From Vulcanimicrobiota bacterium (lineage in GTDB: Bacteria > Vulcanimicrobiota > Vulcanimicrobiia > Vulcanimicrobiales > Vulcanimicrobiaceae), in assembly GCA_963733295.1 (NCBI GenBank), contig CAVTCS010000003.1, forward strand, positions 1,664,001-1,728,000: 64,000 nucleotides of DNA. The letters run 5' to 3'. Below, in pieces: positions 19,052-27,727 of the stretch (position 1 is its first letter; each line of letters begins with the position of its first letter). The translations under genes and the position numbers were made by a program. Below the pieces are notes generated by a model, which saw only the letters and a program-made list of their open reading frames with translations, ran no database searches and was not told the origin of the DNA.

Positions 19052-19795
19052 CTACGTGGAAAAAGATCCAGCCAGAACTGCCGGCTGACAGGTATCGCTG
19101 AACAGTTGCGTCTGATAGGTCTGGCCCGGCGCGAGCATCGGCACCGTGGCGCTGACGATCGCACTGCTAGCGGGTATCGGAATGGGCGTCGGCAATGCCG
19201 AGCCCGGCGGGAGCAGCGCAGCTGCGTACGCGCTGCCTTCGAGCGTGCCGTGTTGGCCGGCGATCAGGTGCAGGTTTCCAGGAACTATGCCACTCGTGCC
19301 GATCGGAAAGTAGGCTACGAAGTACAGCGTCCCGATCGAAGGCGAAACGCCGGACGCGCCCGAGGGAGGTAACACTTGTTGCGCGGCGAGGAGCGAGGCC
19401 GGACGCCCGCAGAGTGCCGTCGTGACGTGTACGGTCGTCGATACACTGCTAGCGTCGGTCGCGGTCACGACCGTAGAGCCGCGGGCAATCGGAAGGATGG
19501 AGAACTTCGCGGTTGCGCCTCCCAGTGTCGGAGTCGTTACGCCGACGATCGTAGGGTCCGCCACACTCAAGGTCAGAGAGGCAAACGATCCGGACGATCT
19601 CGTGACGATAATGGGTTCCGGCGTATTATCGTCCAGGGGAAATGTGTAAGCGGACGGCGTGGCGCTGAGGACCGCGCCGGCGCCCGGATAGGATACACAA
19701 GATCGGCAATAGTTGGCGCTGCTGCCGCAAGCGGCCGGAATCAGCGCAAACAGCAAAACGCCGAGCCTAGTCGTGACAGCATGCTCTTGTGTCAA
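19052..19795 (-). CDS. Hypothetical lipoprotein with two Ig-like domains
   Basis: TTG 19795 overlaps the upstream stop, with AGGAG SD. Lipobox PAAC. C-terminal domain resembles the proteins at 21643 and 22215. Confidence 0.7.
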   Translation of the reverse strand: MTQEHAVTTRLGVLLFALIPAACGSSANYCRSCVSYPGAGAVLSATPSAYTFPLDDNTPEPIIVTRSSGSFASLTLSVADPTIVGVTTPTLGGATAKFSILPIARGSTVVTATDASSVSTTVHVTTALCGRPASLLAAQQVLPPSGASGVSPSIGTLYFVAYFPIGTSGIVPGNLHLIAGQHGTLEGSAYAAALLPPGSALPTPIPIPASSAIVSATVPMLAPGQTYQTQLFSDTCQPAVLAGSFST

Positions 19796-21333
19796 GTCGT
19801 TTTCTCCTGAGTGCCGGTGGCGCGCGCAATGAGTGAGGCACGCGACTTTACCCCGAGCGCTTTGAAAATTGCTTTTACGTGATTGCGTATCGTGAACTCG
19901 CTCCGCTGGAGCTGCAGCGCGATTTCTCTGGTCGAGAGCCCGCGCACGAGATGCTCGTACACCGCTTGCTGAGAAGCGGTCAGCGAAGCAACACCGGGAA
20001 GAATTGGGACGTGCGGTTTTGCGCGTGCCTCCATCAGCCAACTGCGCGGATAGGCGTCGAGAGCGCTTGCGGCGCGTTCCCTCCAGACCGGCTGTCCCGT
20101 AAGCTGCGCGAGAACCCGCGCGGCTCTTCCGGACCTCCAGCGATATCCGACGGCATCGTAGATTTGGTAGGCCTGAGTTACCAGACGGATCGCTTCGGCC
20201 GTCTCGCCCAACGACTGCTGCACGACGCCGAGCGAATACGATTCCAGTGCCGTGACTCGACGGTCGTCTGCCGAAGCTAAAATCGACGAGAACTGTCTTG
20301 TGGCTTTGCGATACTCCGCGATCTGCGCGAGCGCGAGCGGGCCATCGGTTTCCGCAAAGAGTTCGGCCAAGAGACAGAGCGCGAATCGCTCTTCGCCGTC
20401 GAGCGCGTTCCAGTCGACCGTGGTCGCCAGCTCGCGAGCGTCGCTCCTCTCTTGCTCGGCCCATCGCGTCTCACCGAGACAGCGCGCGAGGTAAGAACGG
20501 TCGCAGAGCGACATCACTCGCCAGGCCGGCGAGGGGGCAACGAGCGCCGCTTCCTTTAAACGGCGGAATGCGTTGAAGTAATCGCCTTCGAGCGCGTGGC
20601 ACCAAGCTACCGCGCGGAGCGTCGTGAAGTGGGTATCCGCAATATCCGTCGTCCAAGGGACCTTGGGCAGTTCTTCGTAAGCGGCTGCGCGGAGGGACGG
20701 ACTGTAAAGCTCGCGTGCCAGGTACGAAATCTGGCTCACCAAGTAGGCCCAATGAAGAACGCTCGGTTCGCGTTCCTCCCGCACGAAACGCAAGGCCTCG
20801 AGTAAGATGCCGCCCTGCTCCGCCATGTTCCCGCGCGACGCTTCGATCGCGCCTCGCAAGACGTAGTGCTGAACGCGAACCTGATCGGTTGCCACGCTCC
20901 AGTCGACCCGACTCAGGATGCGCTGCGCCTCGTCGAGCTTACGCTGCATCCACAAGCTGGTGGCCTGCTGGTAGCGAACGGTGGCCGAAAGCGACGGGTC
21001 CTTTGCGCAAAGCGCTAACGCCGTACGAAAGCAGGCTGCAGCCGATGCGTGATCCCCTAACCGCGCGAGTGCCGCACCTTGCAGAACCGTCGCTTCGCCG
21101 CGGACCGGCTTCGAAGTAAGCGATCGCGCTCGCTCGGTCAGGTAGATGAGCGCCCCGGCGGGATCGCGCACGAGCCGTATCCTAGCGCGCAAGATCGCAC
21201 TCGCCGCGTCGAGAGGCCCGCCGGCCTCGGCCCGATCGAGCAACTCGGCCGCGCGAGTAAATTGCGCCTCGCGAAACAGCTCTCGCGCGCGCTCGAGACT
21301 TGGCGCTGACCTCACAGCGACGGCCCGGCCCAT
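19792..21333 (-). CDS. TPR-like repeat protein with C-terminal LuxR HTH
   Basis: Helical Ala-rich repeats; LTASQQAVYEHLVRGLSTREIA...TIRNHVKAIFKALGVKSR. Confidence 0.85.
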   Translation of the reverse strand: MGRAVAVRSAPSLERARELFREAQFTRAAELLDRAEAGGPLDAASAILRARIRLVRDPAGALIYLTERARSLTSKPVRGEATVLQGAALARLGDHASAAACFRTALALCAKDPSLSATVRYQQATSLWMQRKLDEAQRILSRVDWSVATDQVRVQHYVLRGAIEASRGNMAEQGGILLEALRFVREEREPSVLHWAYLVSQISYLARELYSPSLRAAAYEELPKVPWTTDIADTHFTTLRAVAWCHALEGDYFNAFRRLKEAALVAPSPAWRVMSLCDRSYLARCLGETRWAEQERSDARELATTVDWNALDGEERFALCLLAELFAETDGPLALAQIAEYRKATRQFSSILASADDRRVTALESYSLGVVQQSLGETAEAIRLVTQAYQIYDAVGYRWRSGRAARVLAQLTGQPVWRERAASALDAYPRSWLMEARAKPHVPILPGVASLTASQQAVYEHLVRGLSTREIALQLQRSEFTIRNHVKAIFKALGVKSRASLIARATGTQEKTT

Positions 21334-21436
21334 GACTGCGAGTTTTCTCGTTCCTGGGAATACTAGCCTTTATCAGTCAATAATAGCCAAAAGGGGCCAA
21401 ACTGCGCGTCGTGGAAAATGAGGCTAGAGGACTCCT

Positions 21437-21646
21437 ATGAATCGACTCGCTGCTCTGACGATGGCCTTCCTCGCGCTCGTTGCCCTGGCGGCCGCCGGGT
21501 GCGGCGAATCGCACGGAGGCGTTATTCCGGCCCAACCGGTTAGTCCAAGCCCGTCATCCTCTCCGAGCCCGTCGGGTTCGCCGAGCGCATCACCATCGCC
21601 GAGCGCTTCGCCGAGCCCGTCGCCCTCACCGAGCCCGTCGCCGTGA
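21437..21646 (+). CDS. Small lipoprotein with Ser-Pro repeat tail
   Basis: GAGGA SD, signal peptide with lipobox AAGC, mature GESHGGVIPAQPV followed by (SP)n. Confidence 0.7.
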   Translation: MNRLAALTMAFLALVALAAAGCGESHGGVIPAQPVSPSPSSSPSPSGSPSASPSPSASPSPSPSPSPSP

Positions 21647-22110
21647 AACGTCGGTCGAGAATCTTTGCGTCCGTCTACGTCGCCGCCGCAATCGCGGCAC
21701 TCGGCGGTTGCTCCGCGTCGCAGAGCACGCCTCCAGGGATGCCGTGCCCTCTGGTCGTCCCAGCGCCGCCACAACTGTTGTATCCGATTCCCGGTTCGAC
21801 GGGCGTCCCCGGCACGGTCGGCGTGCTCATCTACCAGCCGTTCGCAGTACCGCTTCCGCAAGCAAAGCTCGTGCTGATGCAAGCACCCGACGGGCCGACG
21901 GTGCAAACGAGTCCGACTGCAGTCCCTAGCCCGTTACCAACGCCGATCGCGACACCGAGGTCGCTGCTAGTCGGCGCAACCGCATCCCCGTCGGCGGTAA
22001 GCTTTCCGGTGCTCCAAGCGACGACAACGTATAACGTCGTGTACGACTATGGCGAGACGGGTCGATGTGCCCCCGCGAACGCAACGCTCGGCTCGTTCTC
22101 GACTCAATAG
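21643..22110 (+). CDS. Hypothetical lipoprotein (paralog 1)
   Basis: GTGA overlap with the previous gene; lipobox LGGC; ends LGSFSTQ. Confidence 0.75.
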   Translation: MKRRSRIFASVYVAAAIAALGGCSASQSTPPGMPCPLVVPAPPQLLYPIPGSTGVPGTVGVLIYQPFAVPLPQAKLVLMQAPDGPTVQTSPTAVPSPLPTPIATPRSLLVGATASPSAVSFPVLQATTTYNVVYDYGETGRCAPANATLGSFSTQ

Positions 22111-22685
22111 ACGCCGCTTCGCGGTGAATCAGACGGCTCGAGCCGGGCCGACTTCGAAGTAAGAGATCGCGATCGCTCGGTTAGGTAGCTTCAGCGACTT
22201 TGCGGAGGCCGAGAATGTTGAGAATCTCGAGAATCTTAGCGCCCTTCTACGTCGCTGCCGCAATTGCGACGCTCGGCGGTTGCTCCGGGTCGCAGGGCCA
22301 TCCGACGCCGTGTGCTGCGGAAGTTCCGTCGCCGCCACAGTTGTTGTATCCAATTCCCGGTTCGACGGGCGTCCCGGACACTGTCGGCGTGCTCATCTAC
22401 CAGTCGTCCCTAGTACCGCTTCCGACAGCAAACGTCGTCCTTATACAAGCACCCGACGGGCAGACGGTGCAAACGAGTCCCACTGAGGTCCCCAGCCCGT
22501 TACCAACGCCGATAGCGACGCCGAGGTTTCCGGGAGTCACCGCATCCCCGTCGGCGGTAAGTTTTCCGGTGCTGCAGGCGGCGGCAACGTATAACGTCGT
22601 GTACGATTCTGGCGAGACGAGTCCATGTGCCTCTGCGACCGCAACGCTCGGCTCGTTCTCAACTCAATAGACGTCGCTTCGCGGA
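21655..22685 (+). repeat. Diverged tandem duplication (about 21655-22124 and 22227-22685)
   Basis: Both copies start TCGAGAATCTT and end GCAACGCTCGGCTCGTTCTC(G/A)ACTCAATAGACG(C/T)CGCTTCGCGG. Confidence 0.85.
22215..22670 (+). CDS. Hypothetical lipoprotein (paralog 2)
   Basis: GGAGG SD, ATG 22215, lipobox LGGC; near-identical blocks with paralog 1. Confidence 0.75.
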   Translation: MLRISRILAPFYVAAAIATLGGCSGSQGHPTPCAAEVPSPPQLLYPIPGSTGVPDTVGVLIYQSSLVPLPTANVVLIQAPDGQTVQTSPTEVPSPLPTPIATPRFPGVTASPSAVSFPVLQAAATYNVVYDSGETSPCASATATLGSFSTQ

Positions 22686-22756
22686 TCTCGCTTTCCCCAA
22701 GGGCATGCGGCTGCAGGCGCGAAGCACGTTAGCTGCTCTTACGCCGGAGGGATCTT

Positions 22757-23160
22757 ATGATGCTGTCCATATCTCGCGTTCTGACGAGTATTGCCGCCGG
22801 AGCCTCGTGGTCGCGGCGAGCTTCGCGGCGAATCAGACGGCTCGAGCCGCAGATGCGACCTCCGCCCTCATCGCTCGCGGACAATATCTCGTCGGCGACG
22901 CGGGACAGTGCAGCGACTGTCACCATCCCGGCCTTGTCGGGGGCCCGAACGAGATTCCGGGTCCGCCGGGCGTCCCTTGGGCGAAGTCTATGCCCTCATT
23001 ACGCGGACTTCCAATGTTCAAGACCGACGCCGATGCAATTACTTTCTTGCGGACTACGAAACTTCCCAACGGAAAGACGGCGCTCGGGCCGATGCCGAGC
23101 TATCGCTTCAACCAACCCGACGCGACGGCGATCGTCGCCTACCTGCGATCGCTCAAATAG
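22757..23160 (+). pseudogene. Monoheme cytochrome c with an apparent 1-nt frameshift in the signal peptide (or sequencing error)
   Basis: GGAGGG SD and ATG 22757 read MMLSISRVLTSIAAG. The continuation SLVVAASFAA...RGQYLV...CSDCH...PMP...AIVAYLRSLK is in another frame; the shift is near 22800. Confidence 0.7.
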
Positions 23161-23170
23161 GGCCACAGAG

Positions 23171-24367
23171 CTACACCATGCCCGCCGGTACCAGTTCCCC
23201 GGCGGGCGGCGCAGAACTGTCGGCTAGTTCGCGACCCAGGCGGACGTAACGGCGCAGATGGTAGTCCACGTCGCCCAGCGCGAGCTCGATCATCGACATG
23301 CGCTTGAAGTAGTGCCCGATCGTGTATTCTTCGCTCATCCCGATGCCGCCGTGGAGTTGAATCGCTTGTTGGCCGACGTACCGTCCGGAACGAGCGATCT
23401 GTACCTTCGTCGCCGAAAGCGCCCGGCTGCGGCTGCGCGCGTCGTCGTCGTCGACTAGGGCCATCGTCCCGTAATAACAAATCGAGCGCGCGAGCTCCAA
23501 CTGGATCAGCATGTCGACGGCCCGATGTTGCAGGGCCTGAAACCTGCCGATGGGCACGCCGAACTGTTCGCGCGTCTTGAGATAGCCGAGCGTCGTGCGT
23601 TGCATGACCGTCATGAGACCGACCGCTTCAGCCGCAAGCGCTCCTAACCCGTGATCGAGCACTCGCTCCAACAGCGGCAACCCGGCATCCGTCTCGCCGA
23701 GGATCGCGTCGCCCGGGACGCGGACTCCCGCGAATCGCAGATCCGATGCGCGCTGCCCGTCAACGGTGCGGTAATCCCTGCGTGAGAGACCGCTTGCATC
23801 GCGATCGACGAGCACGAGCGAGATTCCGCTCGAGTCTGTTCGCTCGCCATTCGTGCGCACCGACACGACGAGTTTGTCGGCGGCGGCTGCGTAGGGTACG
23901 GCCAGTTTCGCCCCGTCGATCACCAGATCGCTGCCGTCGCGACGGCCCCGGGTATCGACGATCGACGGGTCGTAACGCGACGCGCTTTCGGCGTAGGCAA
24001 GTGAGAGCAACAGTTCTCCCTCGATAAGCCGTTCGAGCAACTCGCGGTGGGCCGCACTCGTACCACCGAGAGCTAGCGCCGAGCCGCCCATTACGACTGC
24101 GGGAACGAAAGGTTCGAGGACGAGTCCCTTGCCGAACGCCTCCATGAGAATCATCGTCTCGACCGGCGTGCCGCCGAAGCCACCGCGCTCCTCGGGAAAG
24201 GCGATGCCGAGCCAACCGAGACCGGCGAACGTGCGCCAATGCTCGCGGCTGAAACCTTCTTCGCTCTGCGCGAGCGCGGTGCGAGCGTCGAACGAATAAG
24301 CGTCGGCGACGAAGCGGTCGACGCTCTCCTTGATCATCGCCTGGTCGGCCGATAGCGAGAAATCCAT
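23171..24367 (-). CDS. Acyl-CoA dehydrogenase (PimD-like subunit)
   Basis: MDFSLSADQ, REQFGVPIGRFQALQH, QLHGGIG. Confidence 0.9.
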   Translation of the reverse strand: MDFSLSADQAMIKESVDRFVADAYSFDARTALAQSEEGFSREHWRTFAGLGWLGIAFPEERGGFGGTPVETMILMEAFGKGLVLEPFVPAVVMGGSALALGGTSAAHRELLERLIEGELLLSLAYAESASRYDPSIVDTRGRRDGSDLVIDGAKLAVPYAAAADKLVVSVRTNGERTDSSGISLVLVDRDASGLSRRDYRTVDGQRASDLRFAGVRVPGDAILGETDAGLPLLERVLDHGLGALAAEAVGLMTVMQRTTLGYLKTREQFGVPIGRFQALQHRAVDMLIQLELARSICYYGTMALVDDDDARSRSRALSATKVQIARSGRYVGQQAIQLHGGIGMSEEYTIGHYFKRMSMIELALGDVDYHLRRYVRLGRELADSSAPPAGELVPAGMV

Positions 24368-24371
24368 CGTT

Positions 24372-25514
24372 TTACAGCCCCAAGATTCGTTTGGAGATGA
24401 TGTTGCGTTGAATTTCGTTCGAACCGGCGTAGATCGACACTTTGCGGAAATTGAAATACCACAGCGCGCTGTGGGTTGCCGGGTCGAACGAAGCGTAGCC
24501 GCCGGCGTCCATCATCAATTCCGTGATCCTCTGTTGAATCTCGGTTCCGGTGATCTTGATGAACGACGATTCCGGCCCCGGACTCGCGCCGGATTTCTCG
24601 GCGGCCAGCGAGCGCAACTGCGCGTACGAGAGGGCGGTTAGTTCGATCTCGACCTGCGCGATTTTCTGCGCGAAACCGTCGTCGTCGATCAGGCGCCCGC
24701 CACCGGCGTCTTGTCGGGCTGCGAGGGACTTGAGCCGCTCGAGCAATTGGGACGAACCCGCCACTCCGGCGGTACCGTTCCGTTCGTATTCGAGCAAGAA
24801 CTTGGCATAGGTCCAACCCTCGCCTTCCTTGCCGACAAGACTCTCAACGGGGACGCGTACGTTCTCGAAATGCACCTCGTTGATCTCGTGTCCGCCGTCG
24901 ATCGTCACGATCGGACGGACCGTAACGCCGGGCGTCGTCATGTCGACCAAGATAAACGAGATGCCTTTTTGTTTCGGTACCGTCGGATCGGTCCGCGCTA
25001 GCACGAAGATCATGTTCGCGTATTGTGCCAACGTGATCCACGTCTTCGTTCCGTTGATGAGGTAATGGTCGCCATCGCGCTGTGCGCGGGTTTGCAGAGA
25101 GGCGAGGTCCGAACCCGAGCCGGGTTCGGAATATCCTTGGCACCACCAATCCTCGCTCGAAAGAATGCGCGGCAGATAGCGTTCCTTTTGCGCGTCGTTC
25201 CCGAAGGCGATGATGACCGGTGCGACCATCGAAACGCCGAAAGGAATCTGACGGGGCGCGTTGCCGAGCGCCAATTCTTCATCGAAAATGTGCTTCTCGA
25301 CGACCGACCAATCGGTGCCGCCGTATCGTACCGGCCAGCTCGGCGCGAACCAGCCGCGCGCGTTGAGGCGCCGCTGCCAGCCGACGTAGTCGTCTTTGCT
25401 CAACTCTTCGCCCGCCACGATCTTGGCGCGAGTCGATTGCGGCAATTCCTTACGAATGAACTCGCGCACCTCCGCGCGGAAGGCGCGCTCCTGCGGCGAA
25501 AACGTCAGGTCCAT
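24372..25514 (-). CDS. Acyl-CoA dehydrogenase (PimC-like subunit)
   Basis: WCQGYSEPGSGSDLASL, SIYAGSNEIQRNII. Confidence 0.92.
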   Translation of the reverse strand: MDLTFSPQERAFRAEVREFIRKELPQSTRAKIVAGEELSKDDYVGWQRRLNARGWFAPSWPVRYGGTDWSVVEKHIFDEELALGNAPRQIPFGVSMVAPVIIAFGNDAQKERYLPRILSSEDWWCQGYSEPGSGSDLASLQTRAQRDGDHYLINGTKTWITLAQYANMIFVLARTDPTVPKQKGISFILVDMTTPGVTVRPIVTIDGGHEINEVHFENVRVPVESLVGKEGEGWTYAKFLLEYERNGTAGVAGSSQLLERLKSLAARQDAGGGRLIDDDGFAQKIAQVEIELTALSYAQLRSLAAEKSGASPGPESSFIKITGTEIQQRITELMMDAGGYASFDPATHSALWYFNFRKVSIYAGSNEIQRNIISKRILGL

Positions 25515-25517
25515 GAG

Positions 25518-27653
25518 TTAGCGTTCCCGGCCGGCTGCCGCAGCCCCCGTCGCTTCTGCCGTTGCTTCGTAGGCGCCGAGATCCGCAAAACGCGCTCCGC
25601 GAGCCGCTAGGCTTTCGATGAGTGCTGCCGGCCGCCAATGCGACCCGTGTAGTTCGCTGAGGCGCGCGAGTTCGTCCCGGACGTGCGTGATTCCAAGCGT
25701 GTCGGCGTAGTGCATCGGACCGCCGCGGTACGCGGGAAACGCGAAACCGTAAATCCAGACGATATCGATGTCGCCGGGGCGCATCGCGGTACCGTCTTCG
25801 AGAGCTTTCGCCCCCTCGTTGACGATCGCCAGCAAACAGCGCGTCAGGATCTCGTCGTCGGAAACGACGCGGCGAGCGATGCCCAGGCGCGCCGATTCGG
25901 CGAAGATCAGCGCTTCGACTTCGGGATCGGGGATCGGCTTACGGCTGTCGTCGTAGCGATAGATGCCTTCACCGGTCTTTTGACCGAAGCGGCCCAGTTC
26001 GCAGAGACGATCGGCGAGTTCCGACTCGCGCACCGCGGTCAGCTTCCCCTCGGCCAGCCGGCGTTTGCGAATGCGCCAGCCCACGTCCAAGCCTGCCAGA
26101 TCGTACATCCGCAAGGGCCCCATGGGAAAACCGAAGCCTTCCATGACGCGATCGACGTCTTGCGGAAACGCGCCTTCTTCCACCAGCAAGAGCGTCTCGC
26201 GGCTGTACGGCGCGAGCATGCGGTTCGCGATGAAGCCGTCGCACGTACGCGCGACCACCGCGACCTTGCCGATCTTCTTCGCGAGCGCGAGCGAGCTCGC
26301 GATCGCGCGTGCGGAGGTAGCGCTTCCGCGCACGATCTCGAGCAGCCGCATCACGTTCGCGGGGCTGAAAAAATGCAGGCCGATGATGTCGCCCGCCCGC
26401 GAGCTGGATTGCGCGATCGCGTCGATGTCGAGCGTCGACGTGTTGCTCGCGAGGATGGCATCGGGCCGGCAGATCTGCTCGAGCCGGGCGAAGACCTCGC
26501 GCTTGACGTCGAGCTCCTCGAAGACGGCTTCGATGACGAGGTCGACGTCCGCCGCCACGGCGAGATCGGTACCGAAGCGCATGCGCGCAAGCCGCTCGGT
26601 CGCGTCGGCTTCGTCGAAGCGGCCCTTACGTGAAGAGGCTGCGTAGATCCTCGCGATGAGCGCGCGGGAACGCGTCAGCGCGCTTTCGCCGGCTTCGACG
26701 ACGCGCACCTCGAGGCCACCGTTCGCAAGCGCCATCGCGATGCCCGTCCCCATCGTTCCCGCGCCGACGACGCACACCGAGCGCACCGGTGCAACCGGCG
26801 TGCCGGGCGGCACGTCGGGCACCTTAGCCGCCTCGCGCTCGGCGAAAAAAACGTGGATCTTCGACTTCGATTGTTCGGATGCGAGCAGCTCGACGAATAG
26901 CTCGCGCTCGTGCCGCAAACCTTGCTCGAACGGCAGCGTCGTCGCGGCCTCGACCGCATCGACGCAACGGTGCGCCGCTAAACCGCCCCGCTCGAGCGGC
27001 GCGAGTTGCGCGCGCGCGGAGGCGAAGGCGCCTTCCTCGACGGGCGCTTCGCGCGCGCTCAGCCGCGTTCGCGCGCCGCTGCTCGCTGCAGCTGCGGCCT
27101 GCGCGCAGGCCGCAACCACGAGATCGCCCTCTTCGACGGCATCGAGGATTCGCAATTCGCGCGCTTCGGCGGCAGGCACCGGCGCACCGGAAAGGATGAT
27201 GCGGAGCGCCGCCGCGCATCCGCACGCGCGCGGCAATCGCTGCGTGCCGCCCGCTCCCGGCAATAGGCCGAGGTTGATCTCCGGCAACGCCACGCGCGCC
27301 CGCGCCGAACCAACTCGCCGGTCGCAAGCGAGTGCGATCTCGAGGCCACCGCCGAAGGCGGTTCCGTCAAGGGCCGCAATCCACGGCTTCGGGCTGGCTT
27401 CGATGCGCGCGATCACCTCGGGCAAAAGCGGCGTGCCGGGCGGTGGCGTCTTGCCGAACCAGCGGATGTCGGCGCCGCCGGTGAAAATTCCGTTTCGTCC
27501 CGCCAGCACGAACGCGCGCACCGCGGGATCCGCCTCGCCTTCGTCGATCGCGCTCATCAGAGCGAGCAAGATATCGGGCGAAAACGCGTTGACCGGCGGG
27601 TTGTCGACTTCGACGACGAGCACGCCGTCACGGAGCGAACGATGAACGGCCAC
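25518..27653 (-). CDS. Enoyl-CoA hydratase/3-hydroxyacyl-CoA dehydrogenase (PimF/FadB-like)
   Basis: GTG 27653 (VAVHRSLRDG); NPPVNA, GGGLE, LPGAGGTQRLPR, VGAGTMG, ASNTSTL, HFFSPAN. Confidence 0.92.
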   Translation of the reverse strand: MAVHRSLRDGVLVVEVDNPPVNAFSPDILLALMSAIDEGEADPAVRAFVLAGRNGIFTGGADIRWFGKTPPPGTPLLPEVIARIEASPKPWIAALDGTAFGGGLEIALACDRRVGSARARVALPEINLGLLPGAGGTQRLPRACGCAAALRIILSGAPVPAAEARELRILDAVEEGDLVVAACAQAAAAASSGARTRLSAREAPVEEGAFASARAQLAPLERGGLAAHRCVDAVEAATTLPFEQGLRHERELFVELLASEQSKSKIHVFFAEREAAKVPDVPPGTPVAPVRSVCVVGAGTMGTGIAMALANGGLEVRVVEAGESALTRSRALIARIYAASSRKGRFDEADATERLARMRFGTDLAVAADVDLVIEAVFEELDVKREVFARLEQICRPDAILASNTSTLDIDAIAQSSSRAGDIIGLHFFSPANVMRLLEIVRGSATSARAIASSLALAKKIGKVAVVARTCDGFIANRMLAPYSRETLLLVEEGAFPQDVDRVMEGFGFPMGPLRMYDLAGLDVGWRIRKRRLAEGKLTAVRESELADRLCELGRFGQKTGEGIYRYDDSRKPIPDPEVEALIFAESARLGIARRVVSDDEILTRCLLAIVNEGAKALEDGTAMRPGDIDIVWIYGFAFPAYRGGPMHYADTLGITHVRDELARLSELHGSHWRPAALIESLAARGARFADLGAYEATAEATGAAAAGRER

Positions 27654-27727
27654 GTGAATCCCCCTTGTCCGTGGGATAGAAACGCCGTGGTGCGTTTCCC
27701 TGCGACCCTCGTGCTCGATCGCCGGAC

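Noticed and set aside
21545..21646. Short repeated CCGAGCCCGTCG units as a CRISPR array or DNA repeat
   Set aside because: They are coding Ser-Pro repeats with no spacers and no cas genes.
21644..21646. TGA of the small lipoprotein as another Sec codon
   Set aside because: No redox-motif context or SECIS-like hairpin; it is a normal GTGA stop/start overlap.
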